From an uncultured Eubacteriales bacterium (lineage in GTDB: Bacteria > Bacillota > Clostridia > TANB77 > CAG-508), in NCBI GenBank assembly GCA_948468315.1, contig CAOKHL010000006.1, positions 16,919 through 80,918 of the forward strand: a stretch of DNA of 64,000 nucleotides, written 5' to 3'. Shown here in pieces: positions 37,673-47,566 of this stretch (its first letter is position 1; each line of letters opens with the position of its first letter). The notes beneath the pieces are model-generated. The model made no database searches. It worked only from the letters and a program-made list of their open reading frames with translations, and was not told the origin of the DNA. A program made the translations under genes and the position numbers.

Positions 37673-38693
37673 CTAGCAATAAGCACAAAGTATAGCTTCA
37701 AATCCAACTTCTAAATCAATAAGTCCAATTTTATATTTATAATCTAAATCTATTAATTCTTTTAAAATCTTTTTTATTTCATCAGTTTTAAAATACCCTG
37801 CTTGCATTTTATATTTATTTACTAAAAATGTTTGATTAGGTTTTAAATCTAAAGCATAAATTATATCTTTATTACTACTTAATGCAAGTTTTACTAAATA
37901 TAATTTTCTAAAGTGATTATATAAAGTAATTAAAATCTTTTGAACAGGCTCTTTTGCAAGTATTAGATTTCTTAAAACTTCTATTGCAACTTTAGTATTC
38001 TTTTTTCCTAAACTGTCTGTTAAGTCAAATATAATACTTTCCATCTTTTTTATTGATAAGTTATCTATATCATCTTTTGTTATATTTCCACCAGTTCCAG
38101 CATATTCAATCAATTTTCGAATTTCATTAATTAAGTCTTGCATATCTGTTCCGCAACATTCTATAAAATAACTCATTGTTGGTACATCAATATTTACCTT
38201 ATATGCATTTGTTATAGATTTTAATCTTGTTTGTATTTGATTTGGTTTTTGATATTCAAAATTACATACTATTCCATTTTTGTTTATAAATTCCATAAGC
38301 TCACATTTATCTGCTTCATCTTCTACAAATACAAGTACTACCAAACTTTTTATAAAATCAAAATTTTCTTTTAAATAATCTAATAATTTTTGTTTTATAT
38401 TATTTTCATCTTTTTTAACTTTTTTCTTAGTATCTTTTTTGAATAGCCCTGTATTTTTAGCTATTATAAGCTTCTTTTCAAAACCAAAGCTAGGTGTTTC
38501 TAAGTCTGAAATAATTTCTCCGAAGATTTGTATCATCAATAGTAATATAATTAATTCCTTTTAAAGCTTCTCCAAACAAACTCTTTATTTTTTTCAAAGA
38601 ATTTTCAAGTAAAAACTTTTCTTCTCCATATAACAAATATAAAGAACCTAAATTTTCATTTTTCAATTCTTTTTCTAATTCTTCTATTTTCAA
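37673..38693 (-). pseudogene. holA: DNA polymerase III delta subunit (HolA), split as assembled by one extra nucleotide near 38522
   Basis: The N-terminal ORF 38490..38693 (YLLYGEEKFLLE) and ORF 37673..38539 join when C 38522 is skipped (AAT CTT C GGA GAA), giving ...ITIDDTNL-GEIISDLETPSFGFEKKLII... Confidence 0.8.
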
Positions 38694-38863
38694 AAAATCA
38701 CTTCCTATAAGAATTTATTCTTTTCAATTATAAAGTATTTTTATTTAAAAATCAATAACCCTCAAAACACATTATTGCTTTTTTTGTCAAATTATGTTAA
38801 TATAATATTAGTAACTTGGTCAATTGGCCACAATAATTTTTTCATCTTAAGGAGGATATCAAC

Positions 38864-39106
38864 ATGGAACGAGAACAGATCTTTCAGGAACTTTTAGACA
38901 ATGACCCTCATCGGAAGGAATTTTCTGATGAAAAATGGAGCGATTGGACAATAATCTTTAAAGGGATTATTGGACCAGAAATGCTTTTCATAAAAGTCTG
39001 TGATTCTCAGACATATTCTTTTATTCAGGATATATGGTTGAGAGCTGGAATATCTGAGGTTCTCAGTGTTCTTGATGCTCGAAAGGCAATTGAGGACTCC
39101 AAGTAA
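38864..39106 (+). CDS. stand-alone 80-aa ORF of unknown function with higher G+C than the host
   Basis: AAGGAGG lies 8 nt before ATG. My hand count is 91 G+C in 243 nt (about 37%). Codons such as CTC, CAG, GAC, TTC and an in-frame CGG (38912) are atypical of neighbouring genes. It ends in a long GC-rich terminator. Confidence 0.5.
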   Translation: MEREQIFQELLDNDPHRKEFSDEKWSDWTIIFKGIIGPEMLFIKVCDSQTYSFIQDIWLRAGISEVLSVLDARKAIEDSK

Positions 39107-39147
39107 ACCAGAAAGATGGTGCATTTTTTGCACCATCTTTCTGGTTT
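39105..39147. terminator. 19-bp-stem bidirectional terminator
   Basis: aaaccagaaagatggtgca / tgcaccatctttctggttt. Confidence 0.75.
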
Positions 39148-39151
39148 ATTC

Positions 39152-41194
39152 CTACCTAAAAATAACCCTAAAAATCTCCGCAACACTCCATGCCTGAGCA
39201 AAAGTTCCTTTTGGTAAATAAGGTGTTTTAGAATCATATAATTCTGAAATAGAACCAATACAACCACTTTCCATAATTTCCTTTTTAAATGTTTTTTCAA
39301 CTTTTTTCTTGAATTCTTGTATTTTAGTATCTAATTCTTTTTTCTTATCTTTATCTTTTTCAAATTCCCTCATATTTCTTAAAGAATTATAATATAATCC
39401 AATAAGCCAAGGCCAGGTAATACCTTGATGGTAGCTCATATCTCTTCTAAATCCATCCCCCTCATATACATCAACATAATTTTTTTCACCTTTTGCTAAT
39501 GTTTTTAATCCATAATTATTTAATAACTTCTTTTCAGCAACTCCTATAATATTTTTAGCCATTTCAGAGTCTGGTTCTACAACAGGATAAGTTAGACTTA
39601 AGGCAAAAAGCTGATTTGGTCTTATTTTATTATCTCCAATTACATCATATAAGCACTTTCTTCTTCCATTATAAAATTCTCTATTAAAAGATTTCTTACA
39701 CTCTTCTGCCATGTCTGCATATTTTTTACTTATAATTCTTTTTCCTATTTTTTCATACTTTTTGCTTAAAGCTTCCATTATTTTTAAACTATTATACCAA
39801 AGTGCATTTATCTCAACAACTTTACCATTTCTAGGAGTAAATGCAAAATCTCCATATTTTGCGTCCATCCACGTATTTTGTGTAGTTTCTGTTCCAGAAG
39901 ATATTAAACCATCTTCTTCTAAATGAATATTGTTGTCATCAAAATCAATTCCTTTAGAATAATTTTCTATTATTAGTTTTAATTTAGGATAAATGTTTTC
40001 TTTTATAAATTTATTATCATCTGTATATTGTAAATATTTTTGTACTTGTTCAAATAATAATAAACTACTATCAGCACTATTATATAATGGACTATTGTCT
40101 ACTTCTGAATATCCATTTGGAAGTAAACCATATTTTATATCTCTAGTACATGTTAACAATACTTCTCTTGCAATTTCATATCTTTTTGGAATTAATAATA
40201 AACCTTCAAAAGATATTAAAGCATCTCTTCCCCAATCTAAAAACCATGGATATCCTGCAATTAATGTATGTAACCCAAATGTTGGTCTATATACAACAAA
40301 ATTGTCGGCAGCTATTAAAAATAATCTTATTAGCTCATCTCTTTCTTGTTCTTGTTTGGTTTTATTTTCTTTTCCATTATCTATTAATAATGACTCATTA
40401 TATATATTATTTATTCTTATAATTTCATTATTAATTAATTCTTTGTAATCTATCTCATCTATATTTTCTTCCATAGAACAAATAAATGATATATCTTTTT
40501 CTTCATTTGGTTCTATATCAATTTCAAATACACCACTAACAATATGATTTTCTTCTGGGAAAAATCCTCTTTTTTCTTCTTCAATGTAAAACATATTATA
40601 GAATGTATTATTTATATGTTCTATATAATTTCCTTCTGAAACTTTCATATAAACAGGATGTGATACATTTTTATCTATAACTAATTTTATTTTATTAGAT
40701 TTTATATCTTGTGAAATTTCAAAATTATGATTTGTATTCATACTATGAAAATCTCTAAAATTTAATACTGGTGCAAGTTCTAATTTGGCTTTTGATTTTC
40801 CATTTCTTATTTTGTAATATACTTCAACTGTGTTTCTCCCATATTGCATACAAATTGTTTTTGTAATTTCTGTATCTTCTACTTTATATTTAAATACAGG
40901 TAAAATATCTTTTTGAAAAGATTCTAAATACTTAAAACCTTGTGATACATAATTTCTACATATATTTGTATATAAGTCATGTTTTTTTCCATCTAATATT
41001 AAACTTTCATCTAATTTAGATAAAATTAAATATCTTCTTCCAGGTGCAGAAAGTGGGGCTACTAATAGTCCATGATACTTTCTTGTGTTTGCTCCAATTA
41101 TACTAGAAGATGAATATCCTCCTATTCCATTAGTTATTAACCACTCTCTTTCTAATCCTTTATCTAGTCCTAAGTCCTTCTTTTCAAATTTCAT
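39152..41194 (-). CDS. glycogen debranching enzyme, amylo-alpha-1,6-glucosidase family
   Basis: GYPWFLDWGRDALISFEGLL, NTWMDA and FAQAWSVAE (GDE_C-type six-hairpin glycosidase). Start set at ATG 41194, 7 nt after GGAGG. Confidence 0.85.
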   Translation of the reverse strand: MKFEKKDLGLDKGLEREWLITNGIGGYSSSSIIGANTRKYHGLLVAPLSAPGRRYLILSKLDESLILDGKKHDLYTNICRNYVSQGFKYLESFQKDILPVFKYKVEDTEITKTICMQYGRNTVEVYYKIRNGKSKAKLELAPVLNFRDFHSMNTNHNFEISQDIKSNKIKLVIDKNVSHPVYMKVSEGNYIEHINNTFYNMFYIEEEKRGFFPEENHIVSGVFEIDIEPNEEKDISFICSMEENIDEIDYKELINNEIIRINNIYNESLLIDNGKENKTKQEQERDELIRLFLIAADNFVVYRPTFGLHTLIAGYPWFLDWGRDALISFEGLLLIPKRYEIAREVLLTCTRDIKYGLLPNGYSEVDNSPLYNSADSSLLLFEQVQKYLQYTDDNKFIKENIYPKLKLIIENYSKGIDFDDNNIHLEEDGLISSGTETTQNTWMDAKYGDFAFTPRNGKVVEINALWYNSLKIMEALSKKYEKIGKRIISKKYADMAEECKKSFNREFYNGRRKCLYDVIGDNKIRPNQLFALSLTYPVVEPDSEMAKNIIGVAEKKLLNNYGLKTLAKGEKNYVDVYEGDGFRRDMSYHQGITWPWLIGLYYNSLRNMREFEKDKDKKKELDTKIQEFKKKVEKTFKKEIMESGCIGSISELYDSKTPYLPKGTFAQAWSVAEIFRVIFR

Positions 41195-41222
41195 TAGTAT
41201 ACCTCCATATATTGGATAATAT

Positions 41223-42899
41223 TTATTTTCCATTATTAAATTTGTTTATTTTTTCTTTTCTTATTTCATCATAATCTTTAGGTCTGATTATTTCTTTGTT
41301 TTCTTTACTATCTCTATACGCTTTTAAAATTTCTTCTTTTTGTTTAATTAACTCTTGTATTTTTTCTTTGTTTTCTTCAATATTAGGTTCTGTTTGTTTT
41401 TTAGTTATTATTGCTTTTTTTCTTTTCATTGCTTTTTCATCACAATGTTTTATTGATTCTATTCTATCACTATATTTACTTGCAAATTTACTTTTTGATT
41501 TATTAGTATTTTTGCTAATTTTACTTTTATTATTTTTACTTTTGGCTTTACGTTTTATCTCTTTGTCTGCCTGAAGTTTTGAATTCATCATAATATACTC
41601 TGGCTCATTTTGCTTGTCCTTGAATTTTAAATCATCACATATTATTTTTATTAATGTATCTGCAATTATCATACTATTATGTCTTATAAAATCATCTTTT
41701 ATAATAGACATATCTTCTTTTATAAATTTTATTTTTTTATCTTTTATTTCTGATAGATTTTGTTCTACAAGTTCTGAACCATCTAAGTTATATTTTTTTA
41801 TATATTCTGGAACTACTTCTCCTGTATCATATAAACAATAATCGATTAGTCCCTCTCCGCAATGTTCTATTATAGCATTTATATGGTCAGATACTGAGTA
41901 ATTGTCTGTTAATCCTGGTTCTGTCATTATATTACATACATATAATTTTACTGCTTTTGACTCTCTTATAGCTCTTGATACACCATTTACTAATAAGTTT
42001 GGAATTACATTTGTATATAAACTTCCTGGCCCTATAATTATTCCGTCTGCTTCTTTAATAGATTCTATTACTTCTGGTAATGCTTTACAATTTGTTGGGC
42101 TTAAATATACTCTATTTATTTTTGTTAATTTATCATATACAGTTTCTGCAATTTTCGCCTTTTCTTCTATTAAGTATCCATTTTCTAATTCTGCACAAAT
42201 TTTCATTTGGTCTCTTGTTACTGGTAAAACATTTCCACAAATTTTGAAAATCTCGTTACTTGCTTTTACTGCTTCTGCTGTATTTGCACAAATATCATTC
42301 ATTGCTGCAAAATATAAATCCGAAAAAGTAATTCCTTTTAATCCTCCTTCTGTAAATTTATAATCTAATAGTTCCTTCATTTTGCTAGTATCATCTATTG
42401 CAAGTGATGATATTCCATTTTTTATATCTTCAAGTTGTCTATATAACATAGTTGCATTATTTTCACCAAAGTTTTCTCCATAATCTGATACTGTAACTAC
42501 TGCTGTTATATTACTTGTATGTTTTTTTAATCCTTCTAAAGTTGTATTTAGTCCGCTTCCTCCTCCTATTACAACTATCTTAGGTCCTTTATTATATACG
42601 GTTTTATTAAATATTAAAGAATTAACATTTACCTTTTGGTCACTTTCCATTCTGTCATCTGTTGCTTCTATAAATAATTCCATTGTTCTTTTATTTATAT
42701 AAACTAGACCTATCACACTACATGTAAATCCTATTACAAAATAAACTATTATTTTTGTAGCTTGCATAAATGTTATTGCTTCAGTTGATGTTATCATATT
42801 TGCCATTCCAAATGAACAAAATACAATTCCTACTAAAATAAGCATTATCCAACGTTTCATTTTTGAGCTATCTTTAAACCAATAAAATATTCCTTTCAT
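41223..42899 (-). CDS. YvcK/CofD-like gluconeogenesis-factor family protein with N-terminal TM region and Lys-rich C-terminal extension
   Basis: KIVVIGGGSGLNTTLEGLK...AVVTVSDYGEN and GPGSLYTNVIPNLLV core. About 100 aa of TM N-terminus and about 120 aa of K/E-rich tail. Confidence 0.75.
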   Translation of the reverse strand: MKGIFYWFKDSSKMKRWIMLILVGIVFCSFGMANMITSTEAITFMQATKIIVYFVIGFTCSVIGLVYINKRTMELFIEATDDRMESDQKVNVNSLIFNKTVYNKGPKIVVIGGGSGLNTTLEGLKKHTSNITAVVTVSDYGENFGENNATMLYRQLEDIKNGISSLAIDDTSKMKELLDYKFTEGGLKGITFSDLYFAAMNDICANTAEAVKASNEIFKICGNVLPVTRDQMKICAELENGYLIEEKAKIAETVYDKLTKINRVYLSPTNCKALPEVIESIKEADGIIIGPGSLYTNVIPNLLVNGVSRAIRESKAVKLYVCNIMTEPGLTDNYSVSDHINAIIEHCGEGLIDYCLYDTGEVVPEYIKKYNLDGSELVEQNLSEIKDKKIKFIKEDMSIIKDDFIRHNSMIIADTLIKIICDDLKFKDKQNEPEYIMMNSKLQADKEIKRKAKSKNNKSKISKNTNKSKSKFASKYSDRIESIKHCDEKAMKRKKAIITKKQTEPNIEENKEKIQELIKQKEEILKAYRDSKENKEIIRPKDYDEIRKEKINKFNNGK

Positions 42900-43798
42900 T
42901 ATTCTTCTCCTATAATCTTTATTTCTTCTTCTATTTTTATTCCAAATTTTTCATATACTTTATCCTTTACGTATTTTATTAAATTTAAAACATCTTTTGC
43001 AGTTGCATTTTTATAGTTTACTATAAAACCAGCATGCTTTTCTGAAATTCTGGCTCCGCCTATTTGATATCCTTTTAATTCACATTCATCAATAAGTTTT
43101 GCTGTAATTATTCCTTCTTGCCTTTTAAAAGAACTACCTGCTGATGGATATTCAAGTGGCTGTTTTTCTTTTCTACTTGCTAAATATTCATTCATCTTTT
43201 CTTGAATTTCCTGTTTTTTTCCATATTCTAATTTTAATGTAGTTTCTAAAATAATGTAACTTTTTTTATTAAATATACTTGACCTATATGAAAATTCTTG
43301 TTCTTTATTTGATAATTCAAATATATTTCCATCTAAATCCATACATTTTGTTGATATAACTATATCTTTTATTTCTTTTCCATAAGCCCCTGCATTCATA
43401 TAAATAGCTCCACCAATTGTTCCAGGTATTCCAGCTAATTCCTCAAACCCTGAAATTTCTTGGTTCATTAATTTTATTGCTAGTGGCATTATCTTATATC
43501 CACTTCCTACTGTAACTTGAATATAATCTTTAAACCCTTGTATTTCTATTTCTTCTATATTTATTTTTATTACTAATCCTCTAATACCCTTATCTAAAAC
43601 TAAAAGATTGCTTCCATTTCCTATTATTGTTATTGGTAAACTTTTTTCTTTACCATATTTTATCGCTGTTTTTAGTTCTTCTATTGTTTGTACTTTTATA
43701 AAAAAATCTGCTGGTCCTCCAATTTTAAATGATGTGTGATTTTTCATAGGCTCATCAAATATTACTTTTTCTTCTATTTTTATGTTTTGTTTTAACAT
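42899..43798 (-). CDS. murB: UDP-N-acetylenolpyruvoylglucosamine reductase
   Basis: HTSFKIGGPADFF, IGNGSNLLV and PSAGSSFKR. 299 aa. Confidence 0.9.
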   Translation of the reverse strand: MLKQNIKIEEKVIFDEPMKNHTSFKIGGPADFFIKVQTIEELKTAIKYGKEKSLPITIIGNGSNLLVLDKGIRGLVIKINIEEIEIQGFKDYIQVTVGSGYKIMPLAIKLMNQEISGFEELAGIPGTIGGAIYMNAGAYGKEIKDIVISTKCMDLDGNIFELSNKEQEFSYRSSIFNKKSYIILETTLKLEYGKKQEIQEKMNEYLASRKEKQPLEYPSAGSSFKRQEGIITAKLIDECELKGYQIGGARISEKHAGFIVNYKNATAKDVLNLIKYVKDKVYEKFGIKIEEEIKIIGEE

Positions 43799-43892
43799 TT
43801 GCTTTGCCTCCTTTTTTACTATAATATATTAACATTTTTTGAATATATTTACAAGGGGTTTTAATATTTTTGTTAAATTGTTGTTATTAAAT

Positions 43893-43954
43893 GTTACAAT
43901 TCATAGTTATGAAATTTTAATATATATTTAACTTTCATAACTATGAATTGTAAC
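43893..43954. repeat. 22-bp perfect inverted repeat in the divergent murB / nfeD promoter region
   Basis: gttacaattcatagttatgaaa (43893..43914) and tttcataactatgaattgtaac (43933..43954), with an 18-nt AT-only spacer. Confidence 0.9.
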
Positions 43955-44065
43955 TGTCAAATAAATTTATATTTAATTTGATTTTTTTGCCATATTATGT
44001 TATAATAGAGGTGCATTTGTAAAATTAACTATTATTAAAATGTTTTATTTAGGGGGATTTTTATC

Positions 44066-44506
44066 ATGTGGCAATTTTGGTTAATAGTTGCAGGAATATG
44101 TTTTATTATAGAATGTTTTACATTAGGATTTTTTGTTTTTTGGTTCAGTGTAGGAGCTATTATTGCTCTAGCTGTAAGTTTATTTATAAGTAACTTTTTA
44201 GTTCAGGCATTTACATTTGTTATTTCATCAAGTTTATTATTACTACTTACCAAACCATTAATGAAAAAATTTGTAAAAACACCTAAAACTAAAGCTACAA
44301 ATGTTTACAGTATAATTGGAAAAGAAGGTATTGTTTTAGAAGATATTGATAGTATAAATTGTACTGGTAAAGTTAAAGTAAAAGGTGAACTTTGGTCTGC
44401 AATTGCAGATACTGATATAGAAAAAGATTCTAAGATAAGAGTAGTTGCTATTAATGGAGTTAAATTAAAAGTACAAAAAGTTTCAACTCCTGTTAATATA
44501 GATTAA
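44066..44506 (+). CDS. NfeD-family membrane protein
   Basis: N-terminal TM helices plus a C-terminal OB-like domain (GKVKVKGELWSA). It lies directly upstream of an SPFH gene, the classical pairing. Confidence 0.8.
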   Translation: MWQFWLIVAGICFIIECFTLGFFVFWFSVGAIIALAVSLFISNFLVQAFTFVISSSLLLLLTKPLMKKFVKTPKTKATNVYSIIGKEGIVLEDIDSINCTGKVKVKGELWSAIADTDIEKDSKIRVVAINGVKLKVQKVSTPVNID

Positions 44507-44555
44507 TTTTGATTTTAGTTTTTAAATATATAAATATTTTTAAGGAGGTATTATT

Positions 44556-45476
44556 ATGTTAGCTTTTTTAATAGTTTTAATAATAATAATCGCAATAATT
44601 GCTTTCAAATCAATTAAGGTAGTAAACCAATCTGAAGTTTATATTATAGAAAGACTTGGTAAATATTACAAAACAGCTGAGGCTGGTCTTACATTTATTT
44701 TACCTTTTATTGATAGAGTAAGCTCAGTAGTTCTTTTAAAAGAACTTACAATGGATATTCCGCCTCAAGGAGTTATTACTAAAGATAACGTTACAATTAA
44801 CATAGATACAGTTGTGTTTTATCAAATAACAGACCCAGAAAAATCTGTTTATGAAATTGCAAACTTAAAGAAAGGTATTGAATATTTAGCAATCACTACA
44901 ATTCGTGATATTGTTGGTAAAATGGACTTAGATGAAACATTTGGTTCACGTGACAATATTAACTATCAACTTCGTTCAATATTAGATGAAGCAACTGATA
45001 AATGGGGTTGTAAAATAAATAGGGTTGAAATAAAAGATATTAACCCACCAGCTGATATTAGAGATGCAATGGAAAAACAAATGAATGCAGAACGTAATAA
45101 AAGAGCTTTAATTCTTGAAGCTGAAGCTCAAAAACAATCTGATATAACAGTTGCTGAAGGTAAAAAAGAAGCTGCAATTTTAGAAGCAGAAGCTGAAAGT
45201 GAAGCTAAAATTAGAAGAGCAGCAGGTGAAGCTAAGGCTATTAAAGAAGTTGCTGAAGCTAAAGCAAAAGAAATTGCTATGATATATTCAGCAATGAAAG
45301 ACGCTAACCCTGATGATAAATTAGTTCAATTAAAATCTTTAGAAGCATTAAAAGAAGTTGCTAATGGAGATGCAAATAAAATATTCATCCCTTTTGAAGC
45401 AACATCTGCTCTAAGTAGTTTAGGTGCTATAAAAGATGTTATGAGTGATGATAAAGCTAAGAAGAAAAAAGAATAA
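44556..45476 (+). CDS. SPFH/band-7 (stomatin-like) protein
   Basis: N-terminal TM, the YIIERLGKY...TKDNVTINIDTVVFYQI SPFH core, and an Ala/Glu-rich coiled coil. Confidence 0.85.
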   Translation: MLAFLIVLIIIIAIIAFKSIKVVNQSEVYIIERLGKYYKTAEAGLTFILPFIDRVSSVVLLKELTMDIPPQGVITKDNVTINIDTVVFYQITDPEKSVYEIANLKKGIEYLAITTIRDIVGKMDLDETFGSRDNINYQLRSILDEATDKWGCKINRVEIKDINPPADIRDAMEKQMNAERNKRALILEAEAQKQSDITVAEGKKEAAILEAEAESEAKIRRAAGEAKAIKEVAEAKAKEIAMIYSAMKDANPDDKLVQLKSLEALKEVANGDANKIFIPFEATSALSSLGAIKDVMSDDKAKKKKE

Positions 45477-45487
45477 TTATAATATTT

Positions 45488-45520
45488 AAAACTCAGGCAA
45501 TTTTACGCCTGAGTTTTTTA
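45488..45520 (+). terminator. intrinsic terminator after the SPFH gene
   Basis: actcaggc / gcctgagt stem followed by a T-run. Confidence 0.65.
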
Positions 45521-45568
45521 TGTTAAAATCTTCTATAACACCCTCTAATCCATCCTGTTCTACCGCAA

Positions 45569-46093
45569 TTAGATTGGTTTGGTATTACATTCCCTGTTAA
45601 TGAAATCCCGATTATTTGCTGATACTGTATTATCATTATTATCTCCACGATTACAGTTTCCATTATCATTATCATCATTTCCAGAGTTTGAACAATTACT
45701 ATTTATTGTTAATAAATCCTGACTATTTCCGTTATTACATCTATAACTTATTCTAAGTAAGTCATTGTTATCACAATTATGATTTTCATCATTATCTCGG
45801 CAACATCTGCATCTTGGACATCTATCATCATTATTAAAACATCTTTCACGAATAATTCTAATTAATTTCACAATATATGCTGTTATAAGTGCTAAAATTG
45901 TATAAATAATTATTGCCACTAATCCAGCCCCTAAATTTGTAATTACTCCTGTTGCAAATAATGTAAATAATATTATTAAATATACCGCAAAAAATGTTAT
46001 ACCAACTAATATAGGACAATGTAACACTTTTTCTAAAACAATCGCTAGTAAAATTGTAGCTAAAGGTAAAGCAAAAAATATAAGTAAAATCAT
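45569..46093 (-). CDS. membrane protein with Cys/Asn/Asp-rich C-terminal tail; unknown function
   Basis: Three TM helices followed by RCPRCRCCRDNDENHNCDNN.... An in-frame CGG lies at 45610..45608, 13 codons before the stop, and the +1 frame is also open there. Confidence 0.55.
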   Translation of the reverse strand: MILLIFFALPLATILLAIVLEKVLHCPILVGITFFAVYLIILFTLFATGVITNLGAGLVAIIIYTILALITAYIVKLIRIIRERCFNNDDRCPRCRCCRDNDENHNCDNNDLLRISYRCNNGNSQDLLTINSNCSNSGNDDNDNGNCNRGDNNDNTVSANNRDFINRECNTKPI

Positions 46094-46223
46094 AATATAA
46101 TATCTCCTCTTTTAATTACTTTTTTATATATATTATGAAATTTTATTATTAAAAGTTACATTAAAATATAAACATAAAAAAACAAATTATAAAAGTAATT
46201 ATAACTCTCATAATTTGTTTAAT

Positions 46224-46799
46224 TTATACTAAAATATAATCATTTTTTGTTGTATTTATATTTTTCACTAATTCTATCATCCTATTGCAAGATTCTTCGT
46301 CATAATTATTCAAAAAAACATTATCAAATTGCTTTTTCAAATCCTGATTATTTTTCATATTTTCTATGTGCTCCTCTACCTCTTGTAATCTCATTTTTTC
46401 TATATTGGGAGCTAAATTTCTTTTCTTTATTTCACTTTTAGCAAGTTCAATATCTTTAGGTATTATATATATGGAATATACATCTTTTCCTTTTTGTTTG
46501 AAGTCTTTAATCCACTCATAATGAAGTTCTGTAACACAACACATATCCTCTTGTAAATACTTTTTACCGTAGGCGTAATTTTCTCCTAAAAATTCATAAT
46601 TTGCAAAAACTTCTTTTGTTTTTATAAGTTTTTCTAATTCATTTTTAGTAACAAAATGTTTATCTATTCCATTTATTTCATCTTTTCTTTTTTCTCTTGT
46701 TGTATATATTATCATATTTTCTATATTCAATTTATTAATTAGCAAATTTTTGTAATATGATTTTCCGCAACCTGTAATTCCAGATAATGTTATAATCAT
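46224..46799 (-). CDS. P-loop kinase-like protein (guanylate-kinase-like fold suspected)
   Basis: Walker A SGITGCGKS at the N-terminus. 191 aa. It shares a 4-nt ATGA overlap with the upstream Nudix gene. Confidence 0.55.
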   Translation of the reverse strand: MIITLSGITGCGKSYYKNLLINKLNIENMIIYTTREKRKDEINGIDKHFVTKNELEKLIKTKEVFANYEFLGENYAYGKKYLQEDMCCVTELHYEWIKDFKQKGKDVYSIYIIPKDIELAKSEIKKRNLAPNIEKMRLQEVEEHIENMKNNQDLKKQFDNVFLNNYDEESCNRMIELVKNINTTKNDYILV

Positions 46800-47434
46800 T
46801 TTTCTTCCCCTTTTATTTTTCTACTATTCGTTTTTTCAATAAACTTTTCTACTTCTTCAAACAATTTCTCAAAATATTGCTCATTTCCTTTATAAGGAAA
46901 CTTGGTTTCTCCTCTTCTTATCATATTAAAACCTTCTTGTAAATGAACTTTTATTATGTTTTCTACTTCTTCTTTTTGTAATTTCTTTATAGATTTTATT
47001 TTGGTTTTTGCTACATAAAATTGAATATAAAACTTTCTATCATTTCCAAATATTAATGGAATTTCTCTTTCTACTCTTTTTATCTTTTTGATTTTTTTCT
47101 TTTTTATTCCTAATTCCTCTTTTAATTCTCTTTTGGGTGTCTGTTTTCCTTTTTCTTTATTATCTCTATGTCCTGAACATAAATCTATCAAATTTGGTGT
47201 CAATTTAGTTGTTGCTGCTCTTTTTTCTAATATTAACATTCCATCTTTTGTAAGTACAAATACTGCTACTCCTTTTAACCAAAGATTTTGGAATTTTTCA
47301 TAATCGCTTTTTATCTTTCCTACCTTATTTTTGTTTTCATCATAAACATAATAGTAAATTTCTTTTTCTTTTATTTCTACTGCTTTTTTGGGCTCTTTTT
47401 TATATTTTTTTAAATTCTCTTTAAATTCATTCAT
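46796..47434 (-). CDS. Nudix hydrolase
   Basis: Nudix box SGHRDNKEKGKQTPKRELKEELGI (GX5EX7REUXEEXGU pattern). Confidence 0.75.
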   Translation of the reverse strand: MNEFKENLKKYKKEPKKAVEIKEKEIYYYVYDENKNKVGKIKSDYEKFQNLWLKGVAVFVLTKDGMLILEKRAATTKLTPNLIDLCSGHRDNKEKGKQTPKRELKEELGIKKKKIKKIKRVEREIPLIFGNDRKFYIQFYVAKTKIKSIKKLQKEEVENIIKVHLQEGFNMIRRGETKFPYKGNEQYFEKLFEEVEKFIEKTNSRKIKGEEK

Positions 47435-47566
47435 TTTTGTTCTTCCTTTTTTAAAGGTAAAATATATTATTTATTCACATAATGTATTTTACCACAAAAA
47501 GTGCCTTTTTTCAACAATTATGTTGTGTTTTAAATAAAAAGTTACTTAATATGCACAAAAATTGTA

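Noticed and set aside
38894-39300. Minus-strand ORFs of 80 and 91 aa overlapping the 38864 ORF and the terminator.
   Set aside because: They lack an RBS. One runs through the 19-bp terminator stem and into the 3' end of the debranching-enzyme gene.
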